Shown here piece by piece: positions 28,860-38,309 of a stretch of DNA of 64,000 nt. The position numbers were made by a program, and so were the translations under genes. The notes under the pieces were generated by a model. The model was given only the letters and a program-made list of their open reading frames with translations, ran no database searches and had not been told where the DNA came from. The DNA lies in assembly GCA_965116025.1 (NCBI GenBank), contig OZ220480.1:1592495-1656494 (forward strand). Reading direction: 5' to 3'. Within the stretch, counting starts at the first letter, position 1. Each line of letters begins with the position of its first letter. The DNA comes from an uncultured candidatus Porisulfidus sp. GTDB taxonomy: Bacteria > Pseudomonadota > Gammaproteobacteria > Poriferisulfidales > Poriferisulfidaceae.

Positions 28860-30326
28860 ATGGGCGTTCCTATCGAAGAGGCGCTGACGTTCGACGATGT
28901 GCTTCTGGTGCCGGGCCATTCCGAAGTCTTGCCACGCGATGTCGAGCTGAGGGCGCGGCTGACCCGAAACATCGAGCTCCGCGTCCCTTTCGTCTCGGCG
29001 GCCATGGATACGGTGACCGAGGCGGACCTAGCCATCGCGATCGCCCAAGAGGGAGGCTTGGGCGTGGTGCACAAGAATCAAGGCATTGACGAGCAAGCGG
29101 AGCAGGTGCGACGGGTCAAGAAGTTCGAGAGCGGAGTCATCCGCGAGCCCTTGACGATTCATCCGGATGCCAGTGTCGGCGAGGTGATGGAGCTGACGCG
29201 CTCGCATGACATTTCCGGCGTGCCGGTGGTGGATGGCGAGGACTTGGTTGGCATCGTCACGCATCGGGATTTGCGTTTCGAGACGCATCTCAACGAGCCC
29301 GTGAGCACCATCATGACCCCGAGAGACCGTTTGGTCACCGCGCCGGAGGGGACGAGTCTCGAGGTCGTGCAGGACCTATTGCGCCAGCATCGCATCGAAA
29401 AACTCCTGATCGTCGATTCAGGCTTCCACCTGCGCGGCATGGTGACCGTCAAGGACATTCAGAAATCTCGAGACTATCCGAATTCCTGCAAGGACGAGCA
29501 TGGCCGATTGCGAGTCGGTGGCGCGGTAGGCGCGGAGGTGGAGGGCCTGCGGCGCGTGGAGGCGCTGGTGGAGGCTGGCGCGGACGTGGTGACGCTGGAC
29601 AGCGCGCACGGACATGCGGAAGGCGTGTTGCGGCGAGTGCGGGAAATTCGTGCCGCGCATCCAGATCTGGAATTGATCGCGGGCAACGTCGCGACTCAGG
29701 CGGGAGCCTTGGCATTGGCGGAGGCTGGGGCGAGCGCGGTCAAGGTCGGGGTCGGCCCGGGCTCGATCTGCACAACGCGAGTGGTCGCCGGGGTTGGGAT
29801 GCCCCAGGTCACCGCGATTCGCGAGGCGTGTTCCGCCTTGAGGGACCAAGGGGTCCCAGTAATCGCGGATGGCGGAGTTCGTTATTCGGGCGATGCCGTT
29901 AAGGCGTTGGCGGCCGGGGCTTCGACCGTGATGGTCGGCAGCCTGTTGGCGGGCACTCGGGAAGCGCCTGGCGAAGTCGAGCTCTACCAGGGTCGGTCGT
30001 ATAAGTTGTATCGTGGCATGGGCTCGCTCGGCGCCATGCAGCGCGGATCCCGGGAGCGATACTTCCAAGGCGAGGAGCGGGAATCCTCGAAGCTCGTGCC
30101 CGAGGGCATTGAGGGGCGAGTCCCTTACAAGGGACCTCTGTCCGGGGTTATTCACCAGCTGGTCGGTGGCGTGCGTTCTGGAATGGGCTATGTGGGCGCG
30201 CGCGACTTGGATGAGCTGCACCGTCGTGCCCGGATGGTCCGGGTGACGCTCGCGGGCCTGCGCGAAGGTCACGCGCACGACGTACTGATTACCAAAGAGG
30301 CGCCCAATTATCGGACCGAGACCTGA
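28860..30326 (+). CDS. guaB: IMP dehydrogenase
   Basis: [11 protein letters not shown] at the N-terminus, a CBS pair, and the catalytic loop GPGSICTTR. Confidence 0.96.
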   Translation: MGVPIEEALTFDDVLLVPGHSEVLPRDVELRARLTRNIELRVPFVSAAMDTVTEADLAIAIAQEGGLGVVHKNQGIDEQAEQVRRVKKFESGVIREPLTIHPDASVGEVMELTRSHDISGVPVVDGEDLVGIVTHRDLRFETHLNEPVSTIMTPRDRLVTAPEGTSLEVVQDLLRQHRIEKLLIVDSGFHLRGMVTVKDIQKSRDYPNSCKDEHGRLRVGGAVGAEVEGLRRVEALVEAGADVVTLDSAHGHAEGVLRRVREIRAAHPDLELIAGNVATQAGALALAEAGASAVKVGVGPGSICTTRVVAGVGMPQVTAIREACSALRDQGVPVIADGGVRYSGDAVKALAAGASTVMVGSLLAGTREAPGEVELYQGRSYKLYRGMGSLGAMQRGSRERYFQGEERESSKLVPEGIEGRVPYKGPLSGVIHQLVGGVRSGMGYVGARDLDELHRRARMVRVTLAGLREGHAHDVLITKEAPNYRTET

Positions 30327-30330
30327 TCCG

Positions 30331-31890
30331 GTGACCGCGGACATCCATTCCGAACGGATCCTGGTGCTGGATTTCGGCTCGCAATACGCGCAGCTGATCG
30401 CCCGCCGAGTGCGCGAGGCGGGGTGCTATTGCGAGATCTACGCTTGCGACGCGCCCGAGAGCCAAATTCGGGGATTCCGGCCCCGAGGCGCGATCTTATC
30501 GGGTGGCCCGGAGACCGCCACAGATCACGCTCACCCGCCGGTTCCGGACGCGATCCTCGAGATGGATATCCCGGTGCTTGGCATCTGCTACGGCATGCAG
30601 GTTCTGGCTCGTCGGCATGGTGCCGAGGTGCATGCCGGGGCGCGCCGGGAATTCGGATTGGCGACCTTGCGCCCGAGTGAGGCGCATCCGCTCATCGAGG
30701 CGCTGGGCGATGGCGAGAAGCTCGCAGTATGGATGTCGCATGGTGATCACGTCGACACGGTGCCAGAAGGGTTTCGGGTGATCGCGTCGACCGACAGCGT
30801 GCCGATCGCGGCTCTGGCGCACGAGACGCGGCCTTGGTTCGGCCTGCAGTTTCATCCAGAAGTCACGCATACCCCGGGTGGGCAGAGATTGATCGAGCGT
30901 TTCGCGCGGGATTATTGCGGTTGCCGGGGTCTGTGGCGGCCCGACGCGATCATCAAGGACAGAATTGAGGCGGCGCGCGCGCTGGTAGGAGAAGATGGCG
31001 TGGTGCTGGCGCTGTCCGGTGGCGTGGACTCCTCGGTCGTCGCGGCGTTGCTCGCGCGAGCTATCGGGGATCAGCTAACATGCATTTTCGTGGACAATGG
31101 CTTGCTACGCGCTGGCGAAGCCGAGCAGGTGCGCGAGACTTTCGCGGGGCACTCGGGGGCGCGGTTGGTCCAGGTGGATGCTCGGGAGCGCTTTCTTTCC
31201 GCCTTGGTTGGCGTGACGGACCCAGAAGAGAAGCGGAAAACCATTGGGCGCGAGTTTGTCCATGTGTTCCAGGAACAGGCCGAGCGATTGCCAAATGCGC
31301 GATGGCTGGCGCAAGGCACGATTTACCCGGATGTCATCGAATCCGCCGCGGCCGCGACTGGCAAGGCTCATTTAATAAAGTCGCATCACAACGTCGGTGG
31401 ACTTCCGGAAACGTTGCGCCTGCGGCTGATCGAGCCGCTACGAGAGCTGTTCAAGGATGAGGTGCGATCGGTCGGGCGCGCGCTGGGCTTACCGTGCGAG
31501 TTGCTGGAACGTCATCCGTTCCCTGGCCCGGGCTTGGGCGTGCGCGTCCTAGGCGAGGCGCGGCCCGAATACGTGGTTCTGGCGCGCGCGGCGGATCGGA
31601 TTTTCATTGAGGAGTTGCGCGCTTGGGATCTGTACGACAAGGTGGCGCAGGCGTTCGTGGTGTTCTTGCCGGTGCGGGCCGTCGGAGTCATGGGAGACGG
31701 CAGGCGTTACGATTACGTTGTGACGTTGCGGGCGGTGGAGACGCAGGATTTCATGACCGCGCGCTGGGCACGCCTGCCGGACGAGTTTCTGGACCAGTGC
31801 GCGCGGCGCGTCATCAACGAGGTTGACGGTATCGCCCGAGTATGCTACGACATATCGGGCAAGCCGCCGGCGACCGTGGAGTGGGAATGA
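30331..31890 (+). CDS. guaA: GMP synthase (glutamine-hydrolysing)
   Basis: GATase domain (GICYGMQ), PP-loop SGGVDSSV, and the C-terminal ending typical of GuaA. Confidence 0.96.
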   Translation: MTADIHSERILVLDFGSQYAQLIARRVREAGCYCEIYACDAPESQIRGFRPRGAILSGGPETATDHAHPPVPDAILEMDIPVLGICYGMQVLARRHGAEVHAGARREFGLATLRPSEAHPLIEALGDGEKLAVWMSHGDHVDTVPEGFRVIASTDSVPIAALAHETRPWFGLQFHPEVTHTPGGQRLIERFARDYCGCRGLWRPDAIIKDRIEAARALVGEDGVVLALSGGVDSSVVAALLARAIGDQLTCIFVDNGLLRAGEAEQVRETFAGHSGARLVQVDARERFLSALVGVTDPEEKRKTIGREFVHVFQEQAERLPNARWLAQGTIYPDVIESAAAATGKAHLIKSHHNVGGLPETLRLRLIEPLRELFKDEVRSVGRALGLPCELLERHPFPGPGLGVRVLGEARPEYVVLARAADRIFIEELRAWDLYDKVAQAFVVFLPVRAVGVMGDGRRYDYVVTLRAVETQDFMTARWARLPDEFLDQCARRVINEVDGIARVCYDISGKPPATVEWE

Positions 31891-31973
31891 TTCCACGTCT
31901 GGCACCGGCAGGCATCAAACAGCATATAGATTCAATCAATGCTGCCATGTTTCACAATGAACGGCATGCATCG

Positions 31974-32162
31974 ATGACTCAAACAATTTCATTGGATAGG
32001 ATTCTTACGGAAACGGATGGGCCGTTCACTCGAATGGGCGATAGGCGATCGAAACTATCCGATATCGCAATTGTTGTCGAAAAACTCGGCCGTCCGCATC
32101 AGATGCCGACTGAACAAGTCTCAGCCACTGTTCTCGACAATCTTAAGAAATTTGGCAAATAG
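31974..32162 (+). pseudogene. C-terminal fragment of a TatD-family metal-dependent hydrolase/nuclease
   Basis: Tail of ORF 31842..32162. SLDRILTETDGPF...VVEKLGRPHQMPTEQVSATVLDNLKKF matches the last ~60 aa of TatD proteins. The N-terminal ~200 aa are absent. Confidence 0.5.
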
Positions 32163-32409
32163 GCAGGGATGACAGCCAGAACCAAGGCACCGAATTCTAC
32201 ATCCACGGCAAGGATGGGAAGACCCAGAACAAGGATAGCCACGGGAATGATCCATATCCGCCGAAGGTTGATTTTTAGAACGATTCAAGATGCACGCTCA
32301 TTTCCAACGACCCAACCGCCAGATTCGTGTGTCACTGCGTAGAAAACAAGGGTTGTCTGGAAATGAGGTGTCGTGTGGGCTTTGCAAAAGGTAATATATA
32401 TGCTACTAT

Positions 32410-32727
32410 ATGGATCCTATGATAGAGGTTAGAGAATACCTCGATGATGAGGGAAACAGTCCTTATGCCAAATGGTTCGATCATCTGAATGTGGCCGCTG
32501 CGGTCAAGGTCGCGACAGCTGTCCATAGGATGGAGCAGGGTAACTTCTCTAATGTGAAAGGCGTTGGTGCTGGCGTCTGTGAGTACCGAATCTATTTTGG
32601 CAAGGACGGGGACCGGTTGGTGGTGTTGCTGGCGGGTGGCACCAAGAAACGCCAGAACGCAGACATTGCTGCCGCAAAAGGGCACTGGCGCGACTATAAG
32701 ATCTGGAAACGGCAAGAGGTGACATGA
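32410..32727 (+). CDS. higB: type II toxin, RelE/HigB-like addiction-module killer protein
   Basis: 105 aa (alternative ATG at 32419). The pattern IEVREYLDDEGNSPYAKWFDHL...YRIYFGKDGDRLVVLLAGGTKKRQNADI is typical of the killer-protein family. 4-nt overlap with the antitoxin gene. Confidence 0.8.
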   Translation: MDPMIEVREYLDDEGNSPYAKWFDHLNVAAAVKVATAVHRMEQGNFSNVKGVGAGVCEYRIYFGKDGDRLVVLLAGGTKKRQNADIAAAKGHWRDYKIWKRQEVT

Positions 32728-33050
32728 TGGCTTTGACGAAAGATTTTAAGGATACCATTCAGGCACGCGCCCAACGGGATCCGGCGTTCCGCAAGGCCCT
32801 ACTGCAAGAAGGGGTCGAATGCCTGCTTGCCGGTGATGTTGATACCGGCAAAGCGGTGTTGCGCGACTATATCAACGCGATGATCGGATTCGAGAAACTC
32901 TCCCAGGTCTTCGACAAATCAAGCAAGAGTCTCATGCGCATGTTCGGTCCAAAAGGCAATCCCCAGGCGAGCAACCTGTTCGCGGTGATCCAATACCTGC
33001 AGGAGCAGGAGGGCATACATCTGGAAGTCAAAGCCCGGAAGGTGGCCTAG
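32724..33050 (+). CDS. higA: type II antitoxin, HigA-like addiction-module antidote protein (HTH)
   Basis: 108 aa. ...AFRKALLQEGVECLLAGDVDTGKAVLRDYINA...SLMRMFGPKGNPQASNLFAVIQYL is typical of the antidote family. Confidence 0.8.
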   Translation: MMALTKDFKDTIQARAQRDPAFRKALLQEGVECLLAGDVDTGKAVLRDYINAMIGFEKLSQVFDKSSKSLMRMFGPKGNPQASNLFAVIQYLQEQEGIHLEVKARKVA

Positions 33051-33291
33051 GGTGCTGCCAAGAAGTTTTAAATCGGCAATTTTTCGAGTATTTTGAAGAA
33101 TTTTCTGAGCATGGTGTTTTCCGCGCGCCGTAACGGAAAAGGTAGCAAAACCACGTATGGAAAATCGGCGTAATCATGGTATCAGTGGTCGGCGCTCAGA
33201 TACCGCCTTCTGAACGAGCGTAGCGTGGTTATGCTGGTGGGTACTGTTGATCTCGGTGCCTACCCCCATTTCCGAAAAGCGTGTCCTTGTG

Positions 33292-34545
33292 TTATTTCAG
33301 TGCATGCCAACCAGGTACGGCCTTGGTGAACTCTTCTTGAAATGACGGACGTTTGATGTTGTCCTTTTTGACTTTGAGCGCGAAGTCACGCCAGCGAGAT
33401 GGATCACGCAGCACATCAACCAACACATGGTGGACCTTCTTCATCACCTGTGCCTTGCGGGTGTATTCCTTGCGCGGGGCGTTGGTCTTGAGGCTGCCCA
33501 GTCCTGATAAATAGTATTTTAATATCGCCTCGGGATACCTGCCTTCAAGACACTTGGCGGTCTGCAGTTCATAGGTGCCGTCCCAAGCGTAGAAGGGGTG
33601 GCGGCTTCGGGTCAACACCGCCACCGCTTCCTCGTACTCCTTACGGTGCATGCGGATGCGAAGTTGCTCTGTGTCCCAGGCGTTCTCCAGCCGCGCAAGG
33701 ATTTTCACTTCGTAACGCTTCCATTCGGTGACCGTGCATAGCTTCCGAAATGTCTTGTACTTGTCGCAGGTCAGAGGATCGATAGCCTGATCGAACTGTA
33801 GTGCCAGGTAGCGTTCGCGATTGTTGGAGGATTTGACACGCTCGGCAACGAACTGACGCAATTCATCCATGCGGCCTTTTCCCTTGAGCAGTCCTGTCTC
33901 CGCAACCTCCATGGCCCTCTTTCTTTCACCGGCTTTCCAGTGGAAATCCGCCAAGTCGAAATAGTCGGCGCCAGTGGCCAGTTTGCGTTGGCGCAGCTCA
34001 AGATATTTTCCATGGTCGCCGAGGCGACGATAAATGCGGCGGGCGTGGTCGAGTTTCCAGTCCTCGCCCATGGTTTCAAAGGCTTGCGCTAGTGCACGCC
34101 AATCGTCGTTGGTATAACAGGTCGCATAGGCCAAGTCGTAGAGATCGTCGTCAAGCCCGGCATTACTGCTTTCGATATAGGGCAGGGCGTTGTCGAGAAG
34201 TTTTTGCCGGTAGTCTGAATCGATCTTTTTCTGTGAAAGCGCCTGTACGATCTCCTGCAGCATTCTCGAAACATGGATGTCGGCATCATAATCGCCGCCA
34301 CCGTATGCATCCAGCTCGTCCAGATCCGGCGCGAGCTCGGCCCACAGGGCCAGTAGTTTTTCACCCTCGGACTGTTTCTTCTGGCTGGGTGACAGGGCAG
34401 TATGCCTGTTCAGGTAGTCGAGGCATTCACGCCGGACAGCGGGCCGTGAGGCGGTCACGCATAGGATCATATCGAGCAGTTTTGCTTTTGGCGCGGTCTC
34501 CAGCAAAGTGGCTAGTGGATCATCCTGTTTACGTTTTCCCGCCAT
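33292..34545 (-). CDS. hypothetical 417-aa all-helical protein (third gene of the operon)
   Basis: Long ORF in an AT-richer segment, 9 nt downstream of the SEC-C gene. No catalytic motif or family recognised. Confidence 0.75.
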   Translation of the reverse strand: MAGKRKQDDPLATLLETAPKAKLLDMILCVTASRPAVRRECLDYLNRHTALSPSQKKQSEGEKLLALWAELAPDLDELDAYGGGDYDADIHVSRMLQEIVQALSQKKIDSDYRQKLLDNALPYIESSNAGLDDDLYDLAYATCYTNDDWRALAQAFETMGEDWKLDHARRIYRRLGDHGKYLELRQRKLATGADYFDLADFHWKAGERKRAMEVAETGLLKGKGRMDELRQFVAERVKSSNNRERYLALQFDQAIDPLTCDKYKTFRKLCTVTEWKRYEVKILARLENAWDTEQLRIRMHRKEYEEAVAVLTRSRHPFYAWDGTYELQTAKCLEGRYPEAILKYYLSGLGSLKTNAPRKEYTRKAQVMKKVHHVLVDVLRDPSRWRDFALKVKKDNIKRPSFQEEFTKAVPGWHALK

Positions 34546-34554
34546 GATGAATTG

Positions 34555-35577
34555 TTACTTGGGAAGCTGAAATTGAACAAACTGGCCCAATAACGGCAGC
34601 GCCTTCACCCGGTATTCGAAACATAGGGGGCTGTCGGAGACCGGCTCCACCGTCGCCAGACCCAGAAAGTCAGCGAAGTGCACCAGCGATCGCCAGGTGT
34701 AACCGAGGCGCACTGTCTCATCGTCAGAAATGACCTGGCTCGGTGGCGCTTCATCCAACAGCCACGGAAAAGCGCCCAGAAAGGCATCTTCATAAAATAC
34801 TTGCGGCCGCCAGGCATCACCGTAGTGGGTAAGCAAGTAAAGTGTGAACAGGAAGGCGCTCTGCATGAATTGCAACTCAGGATGGCCGTCTCTGTATGCC
34901 CAGTTGAACTGCTCAACATAGGTCCTGAAAAGTTTTGGGTAGATGGCGGTCGTGTCGCCCCCGGTCAGCAGTCGGCGACAATCGCGGCTGAGGATGAACC
35001 GGCCCTTGTACTTGCGAATCAACCCCGCTAGTTCGGCCACAAGGCGGGTGACATGCAGATCGTCAAAATCCTCCTCCTGATTGATGCCGACAAATCGGGT
35101 TCTCTCCTGATATTTCCGTTTACCAAAGTAGGTCAGAGCGGTCTCGCGGCAGAAGTTGCGTGGCAGATTGCCCTTGGCGGTCGGTTTGAGGCCCTGCTCG
35201 CCGATGGCGTCGGTCAATAGCTCAAACAAGGTCAGTATCGGCGCGCCCGAGTTGGCGGGGAGCGCCTCCGGAAAACTTACCAGTCCTTGTGATGTGAACG
35301 GAAAATTAAGCATCTGGTACATCTGCTCCGGCGATAAACCGTGAAATTCGTCCAGCGGTCGACGGTTTTGTTGTTGCGCAATCTGGTCTAGGAATTCCTG
35401 CGCTTCTTCCAGTGAGTTGAACTGCCGGCTTTCGAGCGCTGAGCGCAAGGTCTCGGACATGCCCGCCGTGCCGTGGTTGGATGCGGTGCTATTCTCCTTA
35501 TCCAGGCAGCAGCGTTTGAACTTCTTTCCGCTACCGCAAGAGCAGGGATCATCGCGTCCAATGCTCTGTGTCTTCAT
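34555..35577 (-). CDS. SEC-C zinc-motif protein with a ~300-aa uncharacterised C-terminal region
   Basis: N-terminal DPCSCGSGKKFKRCC (SEC-C motif). The ATGA start overlaps the stop of the upstream ATPase gene. Confidence 0.8.
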   Translation of the reverse strand: MKTQSIGRDDPCSCGSGKKFKRCCLDKENSTASNHGTAGMSETLRSALESRQFNSLEEAQEFLDQIAQQQNRRPLDEFHGLSPEQMYQMLNFPFTSQGLVSFPEALPANSGAPILTLFELLTDAIGEQGLKPTAKGNLPRNFCRETALTYFGKRKYQERTRFVGINQEEDFDDLHVTRLVAELAGLIRKYKGRFILSRDCRRLLTGGDTTAIYPKLFRTYVEQFNWAYRDGHPELQFMQSAFLFTLYLLTHYGDAWRPQVFYEDAFLGAFPWLLDEAPPSQVISDDETVRLGYTWRSLVHFADFLGLATVEPVSDSPLCFEYRVKALPLLGQFVQFQLPK

Positions 35578-36749
35578 ATCACGACCTGCTCGGAGTTGAT
35601 TTCATGCCACGGCAGAACAGTGATGTCGGAGCGATATTGTCGGGTGTCACCACCATAAACCAGCCATGCTTCTCCAGCGGCTTCGCCTGCTAATTTTCGC
35701 CAGAAGTCCAGCCCCTTAAAGTAATCCTTGTTGATGGTTTGCCCGGATTTGATTTCCAGTGGTGACAGTTGGATTCCATGGTCAATCAGCAGATCCACCT
35801 CGTGTCCTGAACGATCATGCCAGAAGTAAAGGTTCGAGGTTTCGCCCGCGTTATAACGAGCCTTGAGCAATTCACTGATGACCCAGGATTCGAACAAGGC
35901 GCCCCGTTGCGCATGGGTAGCCAATTGCTCGCTATTTTGGATGCCGAGCAGCCAGGCGGCAAGACCTGTATCCAGGAAATAGAGTTTGGGCGTTTTGACC
36001 AAGCGCTTGTTGAAGTTCTGGTGATGCGGCGGTAACAGATGCGCGATGTAACTGGCTTCTAGTACGGATACCCAGGACTTGACGGTGTTATGCGTAATGC
36101 CGCAGTCATTGGCCAGCGAGGAAAGATTGAGGAGTTGTCCGGTCCGGCCTGCGCACAATTTCAGGAAGCGTTGAAACGTGCCCAGATCCTGTACCCTGAT
36201 CAATTGCCGGACATCGCGTTCAAGATAAGTACGCACATAGTTTCCATGCCACGGGTGTGGTTCGAGTCCTCGGTCGAAGATGGGAGGGTACGCCCCATCA
36301 AAGAGTATCTTGTCAAGATTTTTGCCAATTTTTCCTGAGTGCTGTAATTCGCCGTAGGTCATTGGTAGCAGCGTCAACAACGCGGCCCGGCCTGCCAGAC
36401 TCTGCGTGATGCCTGATAACAGGCCAAACTGCTGGGATCCCGTCAGGATAAATTCGCCGGGTTGTTGCCGCTCATCGACGCGTGTCTGAAGATAAGAAAA
36501 CAGGGCAGGGCAGCGTTGCGCCTCGTCCAGGATGGCGCCCCCGCTGAATTGATTCAAAAAACCATGTGGATCCGTTTCAGCGAATTCCCTTTGGTCAAGA
36601 TCTTCAAGCGATACATAATGGTGACCGGGAAAGGCATGCCTCACCAGAGTGGACTTGCCGGACTGGCGAGGCCCGGTGACCACAACCACTGGATAGCCAC
36701 TAGCGAAGTGTTGAAGCCTGGATTCCGCGTTCCGGGGGATGTAGGTCAC
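35574..36749 (-). CDS. AAA+ ATPase, COG1373 type (AAA_14 + DUF4143 layout)
   Basis: GTG start. Walker A VVVTGPRQSGKSTL and Walker B GAILDEAQ. The C-terminal half resembles DUF4143 (...LYFWHDRSGHEVDLLI...). Confidence 0.85.
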   Translation of the reverse strand: MTYIPRNAESRLQHFASGYPVVVVTGPRQSGKSTLVRHAFPGHHYVSLEDLDQREFAETDPHGFLNQFSGGAILDEAQRCPALFSYLQTRVDERQQPGEFILTGSQQFGLLSGITQSLAGRAALLTLLPMTYGELQHSGKIGKNLDKILFDGAYPPIFDRGLEPHPWHGNYVRTYLERDVRQLIRVQDLGTFQRFLKLCAGRTGQLLNLSSLANDCGITHNTVKSWVSVLEASYIAHLLPPHHQNFNKRLVKTPKLYFLDTGLAAWLLGIQNSEQLATHAQRGALFESWVISELLKARYNAGETSNLYFWHDRSGHEVDLLIDHGIQLSPLEIKSGQTINKDYFKGLDFWRKLAGEAAGEAWLVYGGDTRQYRSDITVLPWHEINSEQVVI

Positions 36750-36778
36750 GGTGGTTTCTGGCCGCCTTACTTGCCTGC

Positions 36779-36806
36779 ATTATGAGAAGAACAAGCTAAT
36801 TGTCAA
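36779..36806 (-). promoter_or_regulatory. putative sigma70 promoter of the three-gene operon: -35 TTGACA, 16-nt spacer, -10 CATAAT
   Basis: Read on the minus strand as TTGACA (36806-36801) and CATAAT (36784-36779), about 30 nt upstream of the GTG start at 36749. The -35 lies inside the 35-bp palindrome. Confidence 0.5.
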
Positions 36807-36826
36807 TAACATTGACAATTAGCTTG
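36792..36826. repeat. perfect 35-bp palindrome (16-bp arms CAAGCTAATTGTCAAT / ATTGACAATTAGCTTG, 3-nt centre)
   Basis: Read directly. It lies between the operon start and the IS5 remnant. Confidence 0.9.
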
Positions 36827-36849
36827 GATAGACGCGCGCCGGCAAGATC

Positions 36850-37642
36850 GTGCTGGATAGATGCCTCACGCGGGCGGTGCTGGTTCGGGAGGCGCGGAAG
36901 CGCGGCGTGGCTCTGCGGCAGAGCTACAAGCGGGTCGGGAAAAAGACGCTGATCCTGTGCGGGCGTTACGGATACGCGCGCCAGATGAAGCGCGCGGCGC
37001 GCCAGACGCGCGCCTTGAAAACGATGCTTGGGCGGGTGGTGCGGGACATTCGGCGGAAGGTTCCGAGCCCGGACGCGGCGCCGGAGACGTTGCTGGAGCG
37101 ATCCGAGCGCCTGCTGAAACATAAAGTGCGAGGACAATGGCAAGCCGCGTCGGCGCTACGAGTTCGGCCGCGAGGTCTCGTTCGCGACGACCTCGAAGGG
37201 GAACTGGCTGGCACCGGCGATGAGCCTGGCGGGGAACCCATACGACGGGCGCACGCTGGCCGCCGCGCTGGAGCGAATCGAGTGGCTGGCGAGTCAACGC
37301 CCGAAGCGGGTCTACTGCGATCAGGGGTATCGGGGGCACGGGGTGTCGGGAGAGACGCGGGTGCATGTGGTGGGGAAGATCCCGAAGATGGCGACGCGGA
37401 CGGCGCGGAAGTGGATAAAGCGGCGGGCGGCGATCAAGCCGACCATCGGCCATCTGAAATCGGATCACCGGCTGCATCGAAATCGGCTGAAAGGCCGCTC
37501 CGGCGACCGCGCCAACGCGGTTCTGGCGGCGGCCGGGCACGACTTCGCCAAGCTTTCCCGGGCTTGGAGAAAGTTCCGGGAATTTCTCCTCCGAGGCCGG
37601 ACGCTCGGCCTTTCGAGGCGATTTTCTCTCCGTCCCGCATGA
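36850..37642 (+). mobile_element. IS5-family transposase remnant (N-terminus missing, internal deletion/frameshift near 37140)
   Basis: Frame 1: ...GVALRQSYKRVGKK...YARQMKRAARQTRALKTMLGRVVRDIRRK. Frame 2: KPRRRYEFGREVSFATTSKGNWLAPAMSLAGNPYDGRTL...YCDQGYRGH...IKPTIGHLKSDHRLHRNRLKG. Both are typical of IS5/DDE_Tnp_1 proteins. Confidence 0.75.
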
Positions 37643-37649
37643 CCGGGAA

Positions 37650-37800
37650 CGGATACTTCAGCAACGACTATTCTATTGAGATGGTGAACGAGAAACCCAA
37701 CCCGTTCCGGTGGCGCAAATCGACCGATGACATCCTCGTCAGCATCTGGCGTTTCTGCCTGGTGACAGTCAGCCCCGTCCCGGCTTGCTCGATAACCCGC
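37650..37800 (+). mobile_element. IS630-family transposase C-terminal fragment
   Basis: ...NEKPNPFRWRKSTDDILVSIWRFC matches the conserved extreme C-terminus of IS630/DDE_3 transposases. No upstream catalytic part is present. Confidence 0.55.
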
Positions 37801-37930
37801 GATAGTGGCGCGTCTGGGCGTGCGGGCAAGCTCGCCGTCTGCGCCAACTTCGCGAGCCAGCGCGGCTAGTTCGTCCGGGCATGCAGTTGCTCACGGGCAT
37901 TGCACGTCGGCGCAACTCGCCTTACATTGG

Positions 37931-38194
37931 TCATGCTGTCCCGGCCTTTTGCTCGACTTTTTTCCGAGGCGGCGGGAATATCTCGCCATCGGGCGGGCCG
38001 GTCATTAACCATTTCTCGAGATTACGGACTTCCCTTAGCGGAAGCTCTTTTCTAACGGGATGGGTCGTCGTTACCCACTTCCCACCAACTAGCACCTGGA
38101 TTACCCAGCCCGGTCCGCACGGTATCACTCGCGCCGCCTGCACCCAGTCGGCCACGATAAAGCCGCCGCTAGCGGTACGCACTATCGCCGTCAT
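37931..38194 (-). CDS. hypothetical small protein (87 aa)
   Basis: ORF 37931..38260 trimmed to ATG 38194, which has AGGAGG 9 nt upstream. No family recognised. Confidence 0.35.
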   Translation of the reverse strand: MTAIVRTASGGFIVADWVQAARVIPCGPGWVIQVLVGGKWVTTTHPVRKELPLREVRNLEKWLMTGPPDGEIFPPPRKKVEQKAGTA

Positions 38195-38309
38195 GTCGTT
38201 GCCCCTCCTAGGGTCGTCGCTCACGGGCATTATAAGTCCCGCTCCCCGTCCCGTCCCCAATCAAACCAACCGCTATGCTAATCAAATACAGGGGACATTA
38301 AACAGTGTC

